Source: Desulfobulbaceae bacterium (GTDB taxonomy: Bacteria > Bacteroidota > Ignavibacteria > Kapaibacteriales > UBA2268). Taken from it: DNA of 64,000 nucleotides. The stretch covers positions 86-64,085 of the forward strand of contig JAGXRP010000021.1 of NCBI GenBank assembly GCA_018335795.1. The letters run 5' to 3'. The translations under genes and the position numbers were made by a program. Under the pieces are notes generated by a model. That model made no database searches and was not told where the DNA came from. It saw only the letters and a list, made by a program, of their open reading frames with translations. Below are positions 1 through 10,440 of this stretch, piece by piece (positions within the stretch are counted from its first letter, which is position 1; each line of letters begins with the position of its first letter).

Positions 1-1530
1 ATCGGCTGTGGCGACGGAAGTCGGGAAACCGTATGAGTCATAACTGTCATATCCATAAGCATAAGCTACAAATGGGTCTTTTGCACGAAGTTTGTAAACA
101 CCGTCGTATAATAATTTGATAGTTTTGGAATAATATTTTCTGCCATCCACATCAAAATCATTAAATGCAGTTCCCGGATTGCCGGAAAAAGCTTCGAGTG
201 GAATCCATCTGAATTGTCCGTCAAGAACTTCGGCAATTTCAATATCCTGTGGCATACCACCATCTAATGTAGCTTTGTAAACTAAATTAATGAAATTATC
301 TTTAAAACCAAATCCACCACGAATACCCGGTGTATTGAATACAATTTCAGTTTGGTATTGTTGAATAGGAGAAAGTTGCAATTGGAACGGGTCATTTTCT
401 ACACCGTCATCTTGTTGACCCGGATTAAATTGTACTACGTTTATAGCTTCATTAGCTGAAACAACCACAGGACGTGGGTTAGCGTCAAAACCGGCTCGAG
501 TTTCCACCCAGCCTTTGCCCATTAATCCACCCGGATTTTGTATAGTTAAAGATGGTAAGCCATCAAAAAAAGTCTGGGTCATCGGCTTTTTGGCAAATAT
601 TTTTATAATTGTATAATTCTTACGTGCCTGAATTGGTGTTACGTGGTACTTTTTACCCCAGACATTTTCGGGTAATTCCTGCTCTATAATAAAGTCACAG
701 GCTGCTATGTGCGTTGGAATATAGGCGCAGAAATTGCCGGACAAGACATTAACAGGTTTAGTCGCACTGATTGTACTTCCCGTTAGGTCATTAAAAGGTC
801 CTATACCGGGAATTAACCAAACGTCGCCTTCATTCAATGTGGCTCTCATGACTTCGAGAGCTCTTAGTGTATCACCACTTAAAAGTGGGACCATCATGTT
901 TTCGAAGCCGCCAAGCCGGAATGTTACTTTTGTATTATCGTAAACACCAACAATACTTGTATATGAGGGTAGGAATTGTGATGTGTTATTAGTCGGGTCT
1001 GCGTAAGAGGCAACCTGATATTTTTGTCCTAAAGAACTAACAGGTAGTGCCAAATAACCGTCTGATGTATATTTATATCTTGTAACGCCATAAACAACAA
1101 TCGGATAATCCGCAGATAGTTTGATTGCTCTGCCTTCCCAAACTTGAGCAGGCTGCGGTCTTATGGGTAAGCCCCCACTACCTTTTGAATAGGCTTGACC
1201 TTCGGTTACCGGCAAAATAAACTCGATAACGTCATTTGGTACTGTAACTTTCTGTCTGAAAATTGCCAGACCCGGTATCTCTAATGTTACAGTAGTAGCA
1301 ACAGCAGATGATACATAAAGACGAAGTGAGTTGTTCGGACCCGGGTCTTCCCAACATGGGTGGAAAGTTACCCAGAACAATGTTCCGGCATTGTTTGAGC
1401 CTAACAATTGCGGCAAATTAGACTTGAAATCATCGACACCAGCTTCTCCTGATTGTGCCATCATATTCATCGTTCCTATCAGAACGAATACAAGCAGCAA
1501 GACTGCAAACTTGTTAAGTAAATTCTTCAT
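1..1530 (-). CDS. IgGFc-binding-domain secreted protein/adhesin (3' part runs off the window start; absent from ORF track)
   Basis: Manual translation from ATG at 1530 (GAGG upstream) is open to base 1: MKNLLNKFAVLLLVFVLIGTMNMMAQ...NAGTLFWVTFHPCWED...YGVTRYKYTSDGYLALPVSSLGQKY...YAYGYDSYDSYGFPT. Signal peptide plus IgGFc-binding-type motifs shared with 37329..39743. Confidence 0.8.
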   Translation of the reverse strand, partial: MKNLLNKFAVLLLVFVLIGTMNMMAQSGEAGVDDFKSNLPQLLGSNNAGTLFWVTFHPCWEDPGPNNSLRLYVSSAVATTVTLEIPGLAIFRQKVTVPNDVIEFILPVTEGQAYSKGSGGLPIRPQPAQVWEGRAIKLSADYPIVVYGVTRYKYTSDGYLALPVSSLGQKYQVASYADPTNNTSQFLPSYTSIVGVYDNTKVTFRLGGFENMMVPLLSGDTLRALEVMRATLNEGDVWLIPGIGPFNDLTGSTISATKPVNVLSGNFCAYIPTHIAACDFIIEQELPENVWGKKYHVTPIQARKNYTIIKIFAKKPMTQTFFDGLPSLTIQNPGGLMGKGWVETRAGFDANPRPVVVSANEAINVVQFNPGQQDDGVENDPFQLQLSPIQQYQTEIVFNTPGIRGGFGFKDNFINLVYKATLDGGMPQDIEIAEVLDGQFRWIPLEAFSGNPGTAFNDFDVDGRKYYSKTIKLLYDGVYKLRAKDPFVAYAYGYDSYDSYGFPTSVATAD

Positions 1531-1904
1531 TTGTACCTCATAAAAGTTAATTGTAAAAAACTATTTTTTGATTTCTATTTTTCTTAACTATTAAATTAAT
1601 AAACTATTGCGATATATTCAATTAAATTATATTCATAAATGCTTTTTTTTAACGAAACACATTTAAAATAATATCCTGAATATTTTGTTTCAAATAACAT
1701 TTTGTACCGCCCTTATATGTATAAACAATTCAAAATCGATTTTGTCACACATTTTTTATGAAAAATTTCATTTTTTTTTCAAATTTTTAGTCAAGCATAA
1801 CAATAAAATTTTATAAACTCTGATTAGGACAGTATTTTGAGCCAAAAAAAAAATGTCAACTTTTAAAAAAAAGTTGCCATTTTTTTTGAGAAATTCAAGT
1901 TTTA

Positions 1905-4556
1905 TTAATATTCGCCTTCATATTCTGTAAGTGGAGTTCTTACAATAACCTGAACGGTTCGATTGTAAAAACGTCCTTCGGGCAAATCGTTCGAATATAG
2001 TGGGTCTTCTTCACCAACACCATTACTACTCAGTGAAGAATATTTACCACCGGTTTGTTTGTTGATCCCTTGCTTAACAAAATCAGACCTTCTCCCTGAT
2101 AGTTTCTTGTTGTGGTCATACATTCCAACGATGTCTGTATGTCCTATTACTTCAATAACTGAAGAAGTACGGCATCTTTCGTAAACATATTCTTCCATGA
2201 TACGTGAGTTGATTGGTCCTGCGTTATCAGAGTCAAATGGGAAAAGAATCAAGTTGTAAGTTTCGCGTGTGGTATCAATCGTACCTTCGGTAACCATCCT
2301 TGTCGAAGATACTTGCATGACAGGAATAGTAACAGGGTCTGATTTACATTCGGCACCAGTTTGTGTTGTGATTACTAATTGAGCAGTGTAAGATAATTCG
2401 TCAGTTGGATATTCACGAGCCATGTTAGTCCAATTCCAATTAACTTTTTCATCAGTTAAGCCAACGTCAGTCAAAGTACGCCAGTTTTGGTTGTTTCTTG
2501 TAATTTCAATTCTCCTCTTAGCTACAAGTTGGTCTTCAATACCGTTTTTCATTTTCCAATTCATTGTACGTGGTTGTGGTTCTGTAATCGAACCGACGTC
2601 AAACACAGGCTTGACTACTTCCCAATCAGTACATCTGATTTCGACACGACGGTTTTCCTGAACGCCAATGCTGTCAATTCTAGTGCTTGTCGGGTGTTGT
2701 GGTTTGCCATGTTTACCGAGAGTCATGCGCGATTCGTCAATTTTCCATACATCTCTGAAGTAGTTATAAACTTTTTGAGCACGTGCTTCGGCAAGTTTAA
2801 CGTCTTTTTCAACTTCCATATCAATAGTTCCAACGATTTCGATTTTAGCATTTGGATTATTCGTAAGTCTATAACCATAAATGTTCATAACGTGGTAATA
2901 TTTATCGAGAGTACCGCCTAAAATAGTTGTGTCTGTAAATATTCCGGTTTGGTCATATGAGTCTAATAAGATGTATCTATCAGGGATAACCGAACTACCG
3001 GGCTCAAAGAAGACATAATTAAGTAGTGGATAAAGGTTCCAAGTCTTAGTTTCTTTCATTACAAGTCCTCTGAAAGAAGCTAATTTTGGTTGGGAAGCTT
3101 TAACCATACGGATGTATTCCGGTTCATCAATGTCAGCAACTAATTCGGGTCTCTGACCTAAAGTAATTGTTAAACGAACTTCGTCCGGGCGATTCACTTC
3201 GTCAGGGTCTTCAGTAGTACCCGGGCGTTCAATTCTTTGAACTACTGTTTTTGTACCGTATTTAGGATTGTAAGCAGTAACTTCAAGGTCAACGTATTTA
3301 AGCGAATCTTTTGGATTGCCATAATCTTGATTTGAAACTATTAGTTCGTGTTCTGTTTTTCTATTTGTAACGCTATCAATGACAGAGCGGCTGGTGTAAG
3401 GATTTTTTATGGTGATTGTTGCAGGAATAAATTCTTGAGAACATTCATCAACGACAGTTGTAATCAAATTTATTGCCTTGAAGAAAGAAGGTACAAAAGC
3501 CATGAATACATCAAGATTCCCTTGGAATCCTTTCAAATCTTCACGACGAGAAGAGAAATACAAAACGTCACCGGATGCAGGTAAAGAAATGAACATTTCA
3601 TCTTCTTTAGTATTAATCGGCTCGCCTAAGTTTTCGGGTTTACCAAATTTTCCTGATATTCCGTCCATCCGCGAGACATAAAAGTCCAACCCGCCAATCC
3701 TAGGTCTATGACCGTCTGAAGCAAAAAAGAGTGTCTGATTATCAGCGGCAATAAATGGAGAAAACTCAGTTCCGCTTGTATTAATTTCTTCTAAGTTCTT
3801 TGCAGGTTTCCATTCTTCGTTGTCATCATCCCATTCGCAATACCAGATATCCATGTTTTTCATCAAAGGAGTACCATTGCTGTTTGGACCTTTCCGTGCT
3901 GAAACAAAATATAATTTTCTTTGGTCGGGCGATATAGAAGGCTGTGAATCCCAGTTATCAGAATTCACATTTTTCCCCAAATTGACCGGACGCCCCCATT
4001 TATCGCCGTCAATTATCGAGCGGTAAATATCGCATGAACCTAATCCGTCAGGACGGTCACAAGCAGTGAAATAGAGTGTTTGTCTATCTGCGGCAATAGA
4101 AGCAGCACCTTCATGGAACTCAGTATTTACATTCAAATAACCAAGTCCTGTAAGAACGTCAATGTTATATGGTTCAAAAAACACAGTATCTAATCTGTCA
4201 TTTTTCTTTGCTGCCCAAAAGTCATGCGACGGATTATTATCTTCGCCAAGTTTACTTCCGGGTCTATTCGACACATAAAATAATGTTCTACCATCGGCAC
4301 TAATAGTTGGTGCATAATCAACACCTGAGTGATTAATTATTGGACCTAAGTTAATAATGCGAATTCTCTGATTATCAATGATGCCTCCTTGTTGAGATGG
4401 ACTGTTGACTATCTCAGCACTCATCAAATACGCTTCTGATGTATTGAAAGCCAATAATGACTCTTTAAATTCCATACTTTGGGATTTCAAAGTCATAGAA
4501 CCGATTAGAAAATAAGCCATAATAAACCATAAGGCTCTGTAGTTGAAACTTTGCAT
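1905..4556 (-). CDS. OmpA-family protein with PD40/WD40-like beta-propeller and two OmpA-like domains
   Basis: Repeated PD40 motifs (APTISADGRTLFYVS, QPSISPDQRKLYFVS, SPFIAADNQTLFFAS). C-terminal GHTDIVG...NKKLSGRR...NRTV and an internal YVFFEPGS...LAEARAQKV...NRRVEI. Confidence 0.85.
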   Translation of the reverse strand: MQSFNYRALWFIMAYFLIGSMTLKSQSMEFKESLLAFNTSEAYLMSAEIVNSPSQQGGIIDNQRIRIINLGPIINHSGVDYAPTISADGRTLFYVSNRPGSKLGEDNNPSHDFWAAKKNDRLDTVFFEPYNIDVLTGLGYLNVNTEFHEGAASIAADRQTLYFTACDRPDGLGSCDIYRSIIDGDKWGRPVNLGKNVNSDNWDSQPSISPDQRKLYFVSARKGPNSNGTPLMKNMDIWYCEWDDDNEEWKPAKNLEEINTSGTEFSPFIAADNQTLFFASDGHRPRIGGLDFYVSRMDGISGKFGKPENLGEPINTKEDEMFISLPASGDVLYFSSRREDLKGFQGNLDVFMAFVPSFFKAINLITTVVDECSQEFIPATITIKNPYTSRSVIDSVTNRKTEHELIVSNQDYGNPKDSLKYVDLEVTAYNPKYGTKTVVQRIERPGTTEDPDEVNRPDEVRLTITLGQRPELVADIDEPEYIRMVKASQPKLASFRGLVMKETKTWNLYPLLNYVFFEPGSSVIPDRYILLDSYDQTGIFTDTTILGGTLDKYYHVMNIYGYRLTNNPNAKIEIVGTIDMEVEKDVKLAEARAQKVYNYFRDVWKIDESRMTLGKHGKPQHPTSTRIDSIGVQENRRVEIRCTDWEVVKPVFDVGSITEPQPRTMNWKMKNGIEDQLVAKRRIEITRNNQNWRTLTDVGLTDEKVNWNWTNMAREYPTDELSYTAQLVITTQTGAECKSDPVTIPVMQVSSTRMVTEGTIDTTRETYNLILFPFDSDNAGPINSRIMEEYVYERCRTSSVIEVIGHTDIVGMYDHNKKLSGRRSDFVKQGINKQTGGKYSSLSSNGVGEEDPLYSNDLPEGRFYNRTVQVIVRTPLTEYEGEY

Positions 4557-4796
4557 AATACCTACCTTTTGTTAACTAATAAAATATTTTTTATCAAAAA
4601 TCAATTTCTTCTATCAACAAATCCGTATCAGTACGGCATTCTAATAAACTAATTTTTTCTTAATACAAATTTCAAGAAAAAATTTTAAGAATTTGCATTT
4701 AAAAAAGTATAAATTACAGCAATTGGAATTAATTCGCAAAGTTTTTCTTAAAAAAAATGAATTTTTCTTAAAAAAAGGGCGGTTTTGTTTCGGTTT

Positions 4797-5612
4797 TCAC
4801 AATTTCAAGCTTAATTCGAACATTATACGCCAAGAATTTATCATAAAATCCTCGCCTTTGTCAGAATAATTTGAGATTGGCAATCTGTACATGAAGAAAG
4901 GGCGCAGAAATATTTTTTTATTGACAATAAAATTGAGTCCTATCATAGGAACAATACTGAATTGGGGCTTATTTACTTCGGGAAATTCTTTATCTTCAAG
5001 AACTACTTTTGTTTCTTGTGTGCCTTCTATTCTAATGTCCACAATAGCACCATTACTAAGCCGAGCGGTGGTCTTAGTCAACTCTTTCTCGTGTTTTATA
5101 TTCGAGCTTAGGGGAATTCCCATACTAAAACCCAAGTCAAAGAAAACAAATTTTAGGGGATGGAACTTGATATGCGGCATAATCGAAAAGGCTGTAAACT
5201 TTGCTTCTGCTGTATGGCGAAATGGAACTGTTATGATTTCGTTGTACGAACCGTCATCAGAAGTTACGTTGAGTTTCTCGTTTTCAACAAACGAGTTCTT
5301 CAAACCGAAATCATCGAAAAGTCCCATTACTCCAATGTTAATCATGTTGCTTAAGTTGTACTCATAATTCAATCCGATTGTAAAACCGAATTTGACTCCA
5401 TCTTCAAATACGCAATCGTCGCAATCAACATAATATTTGCCGGATTGGAAATTTTGCCCAAAACCTATTACTAAACCAAGCTGATGGTAATTGTATAGTT
5501 GTTCGGGTTGAATAGGTGACGGCATAGTTTGTGACTCTGCTTGGTTGGCTGTTGAAAGTGATGCCACAATCACTATCATAAGGGTCTTTAACAATAAGTT
5601 CATATCTCTCAA
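4797..5612 (-). CDS. Outer-membrane beta-barrel protein (PorT/OMP_b-brl-like)
   Basis: Signal peptide, alternating hydrophobic strands, C-terminal SWRIMFELSLKL. The true start may be ATG at 5603. Confidence 0.65.
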   Translation of the reverse strand: MRDMNLLLKTLMIVIVASLSTANQAESQTMPSPIQPEQLYNYHQLGLVIGFGQNFQSGKYYVDCDDCVFEDGVKFGFTIGLNYEYNLSNMINIGVMGLFDDFGLKNSFVENEKLNVTSDDGSYNEIITVPFRHTAEAKFTAFSIMPHIKFHPLKFVFFDLGFSMGIPLSSNIKHEKELTKTTARLSNGAIVDIRIEGTQETKVVLEDKEFPEVNKPQFSIVPMIGLNFIVNKKIFLRPFFMYRLPISNYSDKGEDFMINSWRIMFELSLKL

Positions 5613-5662
5613 CGTAATTAAGTTTTAATATAATGTATTAACTATCTTATTATTTATTTATT

Positions 5663-7042
5663 ATGGAAAAAGTTACAGGCTCTATGGAAAAAATCGAAGA
5701 AAGGACAATACAAGACACCGCAAGATACCATGCAGTCAAGCTACTCAACCGATATGACAGAAGTGACTCATATATTGACAAGTTGTTATCACACGAATTA
5801 AGGAATGAATCTCTATCGAGCCAAGACAAAGCTTTAATGACCGAAATAATAAACGGAGTGATAAGATGGCGCGGAAAATTAGACTGGGTGCTGACCGGAT
5901 TCTATCATGGCGATTACCAAAAATGCTTAAATTTGGTCAAAAATGCAATGAGAATTGCTGTTTACCAAATTATGTTTTTGAACCGAATACCTATACCTGC
6001 TGCTATCAATGAGTCTGTCGAGATAGTCAAAACTATACAGGGCGAGAAAACAGCTGCAATTGTAAATGGCGTATTGCGAAATATTGCCCGTAACCTTGAT
6101 AATATTCGTTATCCTGAAAGAGGAGATGATGAAATTTATTTCATTTCTGTGATGTTTTCGCACCCAAAATGGATGACAAAACGCTGGATTGACCGTTATG
6201 GATTGCGTGAGGGCGAGAGATTGCTTGAAGCAAACAATCAACGTCCATACGTTGCTGTCAGAGTCAACAATCTGTTAAGTAATCCTGATGAAATCAAATC
6301 GATTTTTGAACAACATAATGTTGCGTTTCGTTTGTGCGAACATAATGAAAGTTCACTATTACTTGACTCCCCAAAGTACGATTTAACAGCATCGGACTTG
6401 TTCCGCTCAGGCAGAATAACTATACAAGACCCTGCGGCTGCTATTGTTGCGCAACTTGCTGATCCCAAACCCGGCGATTTTGTAATAGATTTGTGTGCTG
6501 CACCCGGAGGAAAATCTTTTATTCTTGCTGAATTGATGGAAAACGAAGGAAAGATAATTGCCTTAGATAAGCATGAATCAAAATTGCGTTTTATCAACGA
6601 AGGTGCTGAGAGACTTTCTATCAACATTATAAAATGCGATACGGCTGATGCGATTGAATACACTTCGGAAGAACAGGCAGATATGGTGCTTGCCGATGTC
6701 CCTTGTTCGGGTTTAGGAACAATCTCCAAAAAACCTGATATAAAATGGAAACGAGAACCTGAAGAAATTGCTAAGATGGTAATTCTACAGAGGAATATTC
6801 TGGAAAATGCAGGAAAGCTCGTAAAACCGGGCGGTGTTTTGGTTTATTCTACATGCACAATTGAACCTGAGGAAAATGAAGATAATATTCTTTGGTTTTT
6901 GGAGTCGCATCCGGAATTCACGCTTGATTATGCTGAAAACCACATTGATGCAAACCTTTGCAAAAACGGATTCTATGTATCATTGCCGCATCTGACAGGT
7001 ATGGATGGTGCTTTTGGGGCAAGACTTGTAAAAAAACAATGA
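5663..7042 (+). CDS. rsmB: 16S rRNA m5C967 methyltransferase RsmB/Sun
   Basis: N-terminal NusB-like domain (AAINESVEI), QDPAA, DLCAAPGGKS, DVPCSGLG, YSTCTIEPEEN motifs. Confidence 0.95.
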   Translation: MEKVTGSMEKIEERTIQDTARYHAVKLLNRYDRSDSYIDKLLSHELRNESLSSQDKALMTEIINGVIRWRGKLDWVLTGFYHGDYQKCLNLVKNAMRIAVYQIMFLNRIPIPAAINESVEIVKTIQGEKTAAIVNGVLRNIARNLDNIRYPERGDDEIYFISVMFSHPKWMTKRWIDRYGLREGERLLEANNQRPYVAVRVNNLLSNPDEIKSIFEQHNVAFRLCEHNESSLLLDSPKYDLTASDLFRSGRITIQDPAAAIVAQLADPKPGDFVIDLCAAPGGKSFILAELMENEGKIIALDKHESKLRFINEGAERLSINIIKCDTADAIEYTSEEQADMVLADVPCSGLGTISKKPDIKWKREPEEIAKMVILQRNILENAGKLVKPGGVLVYSTCTIEPEENEDNILWFLESHPEFTLDYAENHIDANLCKNGFYVSLPHLTGMDGAFGARLVKKQ

Positions 7043-7109
7043 TAAATAACGATATTTTCATTGTGCTATTTAAGAAATGTCTTACTTTGGACAAAAAACA
7101 GTACTAAAA

Positions 7110-8417
7110 ATGATAAATCTAAAATTATACTTGTTATTCCTGATTTTTGTGTCAATTGATGCATTTGGTCAAGTAACAGCCGCAAAGAACCAAGCGAATG
7201 ATAAATTCCATTTCGATGCTGTTGTTTTTCGAGATCCAGAGCTAAATTTGGGACGGGTGGACGTTTACACCATTTTGCCATACGAGAACCTTAATTTTAT
7301 AAAAAATGGTGCTGTATTTGGTGCTGCTTATGATATTGTAATCAATATCGTTGATGATGAAGGTATAAATATCACAACGTCTAAAAAAGAGCGAGTACTA
7401 AACGAAACAGACTATTTTATAACTCAAGGCGGCACTGCTGCATTTGATTTTACTCAAACTATTTTCACTCTACCAACCGGCAAATACAGGGTCAATGTCA
7501 TAATCATAGACAAATTCAATAATACGGAATATGAAAAATCACGAGTAGTGACAGTAATTGATTTTGATTCATTCGACTTTTCACTTAGCGGATTGCTATT
7601 AGTCAGTTCGATTGAAGAGATAGAAGGCAAATATAAAATTACACCTCATGTTTCCGACCATATTGGCAATTTAGAAGATGGTTTTTTTATTTTTTTTGAA
7701 ACGTACGATAGGATAGAAAGTCGTGAGAAAGTTGATTTTGTTTGGGAAGTGTTTGATGCAAAAGAGAAGAAAATCATCTATAGCGACCCCATACGACGGA
7801 ATATTCAAAGCGGGACGACTCGGCACTATATCAAGATTCCGGAAATCAAAGAGCTTGTATCCGGGACATATACTTTGCGATTAATTGCATTGAATGCTCT
7901 CGACAGTGCAGTGTATTCGGAGAATAATTATTTGGCGGTTACACAACGCTCTATCAGTTACATTCAATCGGTTGCGGGAACTGTTCTTGCAGATTTGAAT
8001 CTTGCTATCAAACAATTGAGATATGTAGCATATCAAAACGAGTTGGAATATATTAATTCTGGAGAAACAGAATCTGAACGCCAGAAAAGGTTTACCCAAT
8101 TTTGGGATGAGCGAGACCCTTCACCGGGTACTGTTCGGAATGAAGCATTTGATGAATACTACAATCGTATAAGTTTTGCCAATAATACCTTCAAATCTTA
8201 TACTGAAGGTTGGATGACTGATATGGGGATGGTTTATATTATTTTTGGTCCGCCAATGTCAGCAGATAGACAATCAGGATATGGAGACAACAAAAACTAC
8301 GAACGATGGATATATGGCAACAATAGAGACTTTTTATTTGTTGACAATAGTGGTTTTGGAGATTTCAGAATGGTACGTCCAATGTCAATTTCGGAAAAAT
8401 TCAAATATCAAAGATAG
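7110..8417 (+). CDS. GWxTD domain-containing protein
   Basis: FWDERDPSPGT...EYYNRISFAN...EGWMTDMGMVYIIFGPP. The signal peptide fits ATG at 7110 better than the ORF-track start at 7077. Confidence 0.9.
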   Translation: MINLKLYLLFLIFVSIDAFGQVTAAKNQANDKFHFDAVVFRDPELNLGRVDVYTILPYENLNFIKNGAVFGAAYDIVINIVDDEGINITTSKKERVLNETDYFITQGGTAAFDFTQTIFTLPTGKYRVNVIIIDKFNNTEYEKSRVVTVIDFDSFDFSLSGLLLVSSIEEIEGKYKITPHVSDHIGNLEDGFFIFFETYDRIESREKVDFVWEVFDAKEKKIIYSDPIRRNIQSGTTRHYIKIPEIKELVSGTYTLRLIALNALDSAVYSENNYLAVTQRSISYIQSVAGTVLADLNLAIKQLRYVAYQNELEYINSGETESERQKRFTQFWDERDPSPGTVRNEAFDEYYNRISFANNTFKSYTEGWMTDMGMVYIIFGPPMSADRQSGYGDNKNYERWIYGNNRDFLFVDNSGFGDFRMVRPMSISEKFKYQR

Positions 8418-8498
8418 AATTGAAAACGTTTTTTTGATGATTCTTACCTTAATCTTTCTTATTTTAGAAATTATTAAAAATCAAAATAGAAAAAAGTA

Positions 8499-9191
8499 TT
8501 GAAAACAACAGTAATAATACCTGCAGGTGGAATCGGAAAAAGATTCGGAGCAGACCGCCCAAAACAATTCATTGAATTTGTCGGAGCACCGATAATTGTC
8601 CAAACTATCAAATTATTCGATTCAATCGACGAAGTAGAATCAATAGTAATTCCTGTACATAATGAATGGTACACCTTCACAAAAGAATTGGTCGAAAAGT
8701 ATTCATTGAGCAAAGTCAAAGATATTATCATCGGTGGTACAGAAAGGCAGCATTCAGTACATAATGCCTTGCACACAAAATCTGTCGAATCAGCAGATTT
8801 GATACTTGTTCATGACGCAGTCAGACCATTTTGCTCGCCAAAGCTTGTGCGGACTATAATCGAGACCGCAGAAGAAACAGGTGCAGCTATACCGGCAACC
8901 GACGCGAGAGAAACTGTCAAAGAAGTTTCGAAAAAAGGTATGGTTGTGAAAACTTTAGACAGAAGCAAACTTGCATTGATTCAGACTCCACAAGGTTATT
9001 GGAATGACATTATCCGTAATGCTTATGACAATGCTTCAAAAGCTGGCTTTATCGGTAGCGATTCAGCGTCCTTAGTTGAATTCTTAGGTTATAAAGTGAC
9101 TGTTATTGAAGGCGAAGACAGCAATATCAAAATCACAACTCCATTCGATTACAAAGTCGGACAATTGATTTTCGAGAATAGCAAATCTTAG
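8499..9191 (+). CDS. ispD: 2-C-methyl-D-erythritol 4-phosphate cytidylyltransferase
   Basis: IIPAGGIGKRFGADRPKQF, GGTERQHSV, LVHDAVRP, QTPQ, NIKITTPFD. TTG start. Confidence 0.93.
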   Translation: MKTTVIIPAGGIGKRFGADRPKQFIEFVGAPIIVQTIKLFDSIDEVESIVIPVHNEWYTFTKELVEKYSLSKVKDIIIGGTERQHSVHNALHTKSVESADLILVHDAVRPFCSPKLVRTIIETAEETGAAIPATDARETVKEVSKKGMVVKTLDRSKLALIQTPQGYWNDIIRNAYDNASKAGFIGSDSASLVEFLGYKVTVIEGEDSNIKITTPFDYKVGQLIFENSKS

Positions 9192-9229
9192 ATAAACAGA
9201 TTTCTTTTTCAAAACAAAGCGGAGACATT

Positions 9230-9898
9230 ATGCAATTTGAAATTCTAGAAAAACCGACCTTTTCGGTACTAAAAATCATTCTCGAACCGGCTGAATCATA
9301 CAGAGCCGAGGCAGGAGCGATGATCGCAATGTCATCAAACATCGAACTACAAGCTAAGACATCGGGCAAAGGGCTACTTGGCTCAATCAAAGCAGCTGTA
9401 GGTGGCGAATCGTTTTTTGCTTCTTTATATGTATGCCATTCAAAACCCGGCGAATTATGGCTTGCCCCGGGCACAATTGGCGATATAATCCATACAAAAT
9501 TAAACGGACGAATTTTTGCCCAAGGTGGCGCTTATTTAGCTGGGACACCTGATTTGACAATTTCTACAAAAGGTTCATTTAAAGCTATGATTTCCGGCGA
9601 AGGATTGTTTTTGCAAGAAATCTCAGGTACGGGCGATGTATTTTTCGGTTCATATGGTACGGTTATAGAAAGAACACTCGGACATGGTGAAACTTTCATA
9701 GTGGACACAGGACATATTGTAGCATTCGAAGAATCTGTTCACTATTCCATCAAAAAAGCATCAAAAGGTATATTTTCGAGCATTGCATCCGGCGAAGGTT
9801 TAGTATGCGAATATACCGGTCCCGGCAAAATTTGGATGCAAACAAGGAATCTATCTGCGTTTGCTCAATTGCTTATGAGATTTATACCGACTAAGTAA
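9230..9898 (+). CDS. TIGR00266/AIM24 family protein
   Basis: AEAGAMIAMS, GGESFF, GEGLFLQ, VDTGHIVAF, SGEGLVCEYTGPGKIWMQTRN. Confidence 0.9.
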   Translation: MQFEILEKPTFSVLKIILEPAESYRAEAGAMIAMSSNIELQAKTSGKGLLGSIKAAVGGESFFASLYVCHSKPGELWLAPGTIGDIIHTKLNGRIFAQGGAYLAGTPDLTISTKGSFKAMISGEGLFLQEISGTGDVFFGSYGTVIERTLGHGETFIVDTGHIVAFEESVHYSIKKASKGIFSSIASGEGLVCEYTGPGKIWMQTRNLSAFAQLLMRFIPTK

Positions 9899-9942
9899 AC
9901 GGAAAAAAGGAAACAATTCATTAGTAAACTCGTCGGTATAAT

Positions 9943-10320
9943 ATGAATCAATTTTATATTATACTGGTATTGCTATTATTTGGAAGCTTGCTTCTGAATT
10001 CGCAAAACAACGATAAAATCGAAGAGAATGATAAAATTACATACTTTCAGCAAGACTCTACGGACACAGATGTGGTTGATAGTGTTCCTGACCCGATTGT
10101 TGTAAATAGTAAAATCGTGTTTAAGACATTTGATGATGATTTTCTGAAAATCACACTAAAAAAAATCGGTGCGGTAAACAAGATTTTAGTTCATGACGGA
10201 TTCCTTCGAAAAGGTACTCATGAATTAACTATAGATTCACGACTCATGAAACCGGGCTTCTACATCATAGAAATTAATTCAAGACGCTATATAGTCCGAA
10301 AAAGGCTGCAATTATTATAA
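9943..10320 (+). CDS. Small secreted protein with a T9SS-CTD-like C-terminus
   Basis: Signal peptide. The tail KGTHELTIDSRLMKPGFYIIEINSRRYIVRKRLQLL resembles a CTD end, but YPNP is absent. Confidence 0.5.
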   Translation: MNQFYIILVLLLFGSLLLNSQNNDKIEENDKITYFQQDSTDTDVVDSVPDPIVVNSKIVFKTFDDDFLKITLKKIGAVNKILVHDGFLRKGTHELTIDSRLMKPGFYIIEINSRRYIVRKRLQLL

Positions 10321-10440
10321 GATTTTGCTTTTTTCGAAATATTTGTAAATGTAAGTAATTTGATTCGTCATAGTAGTTGCTTATTGATATTACTCATTTT
10401 ATTGGTAATTTTGTACTTTGTATTTAATGAAATTTTGAAA

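Noticed and set aside
66-1543. Short ORFs 66..263, 734..943, 1331..1543
   Set aside because: Shadows of the long minus-strand IgGFc-domain CDS.
4742-4777. Direct repeat TTTTTCTTAAAAAAA x2
   Set aside because: Low complexity in AT-rich DNA; not distinguishable from chance by eye.
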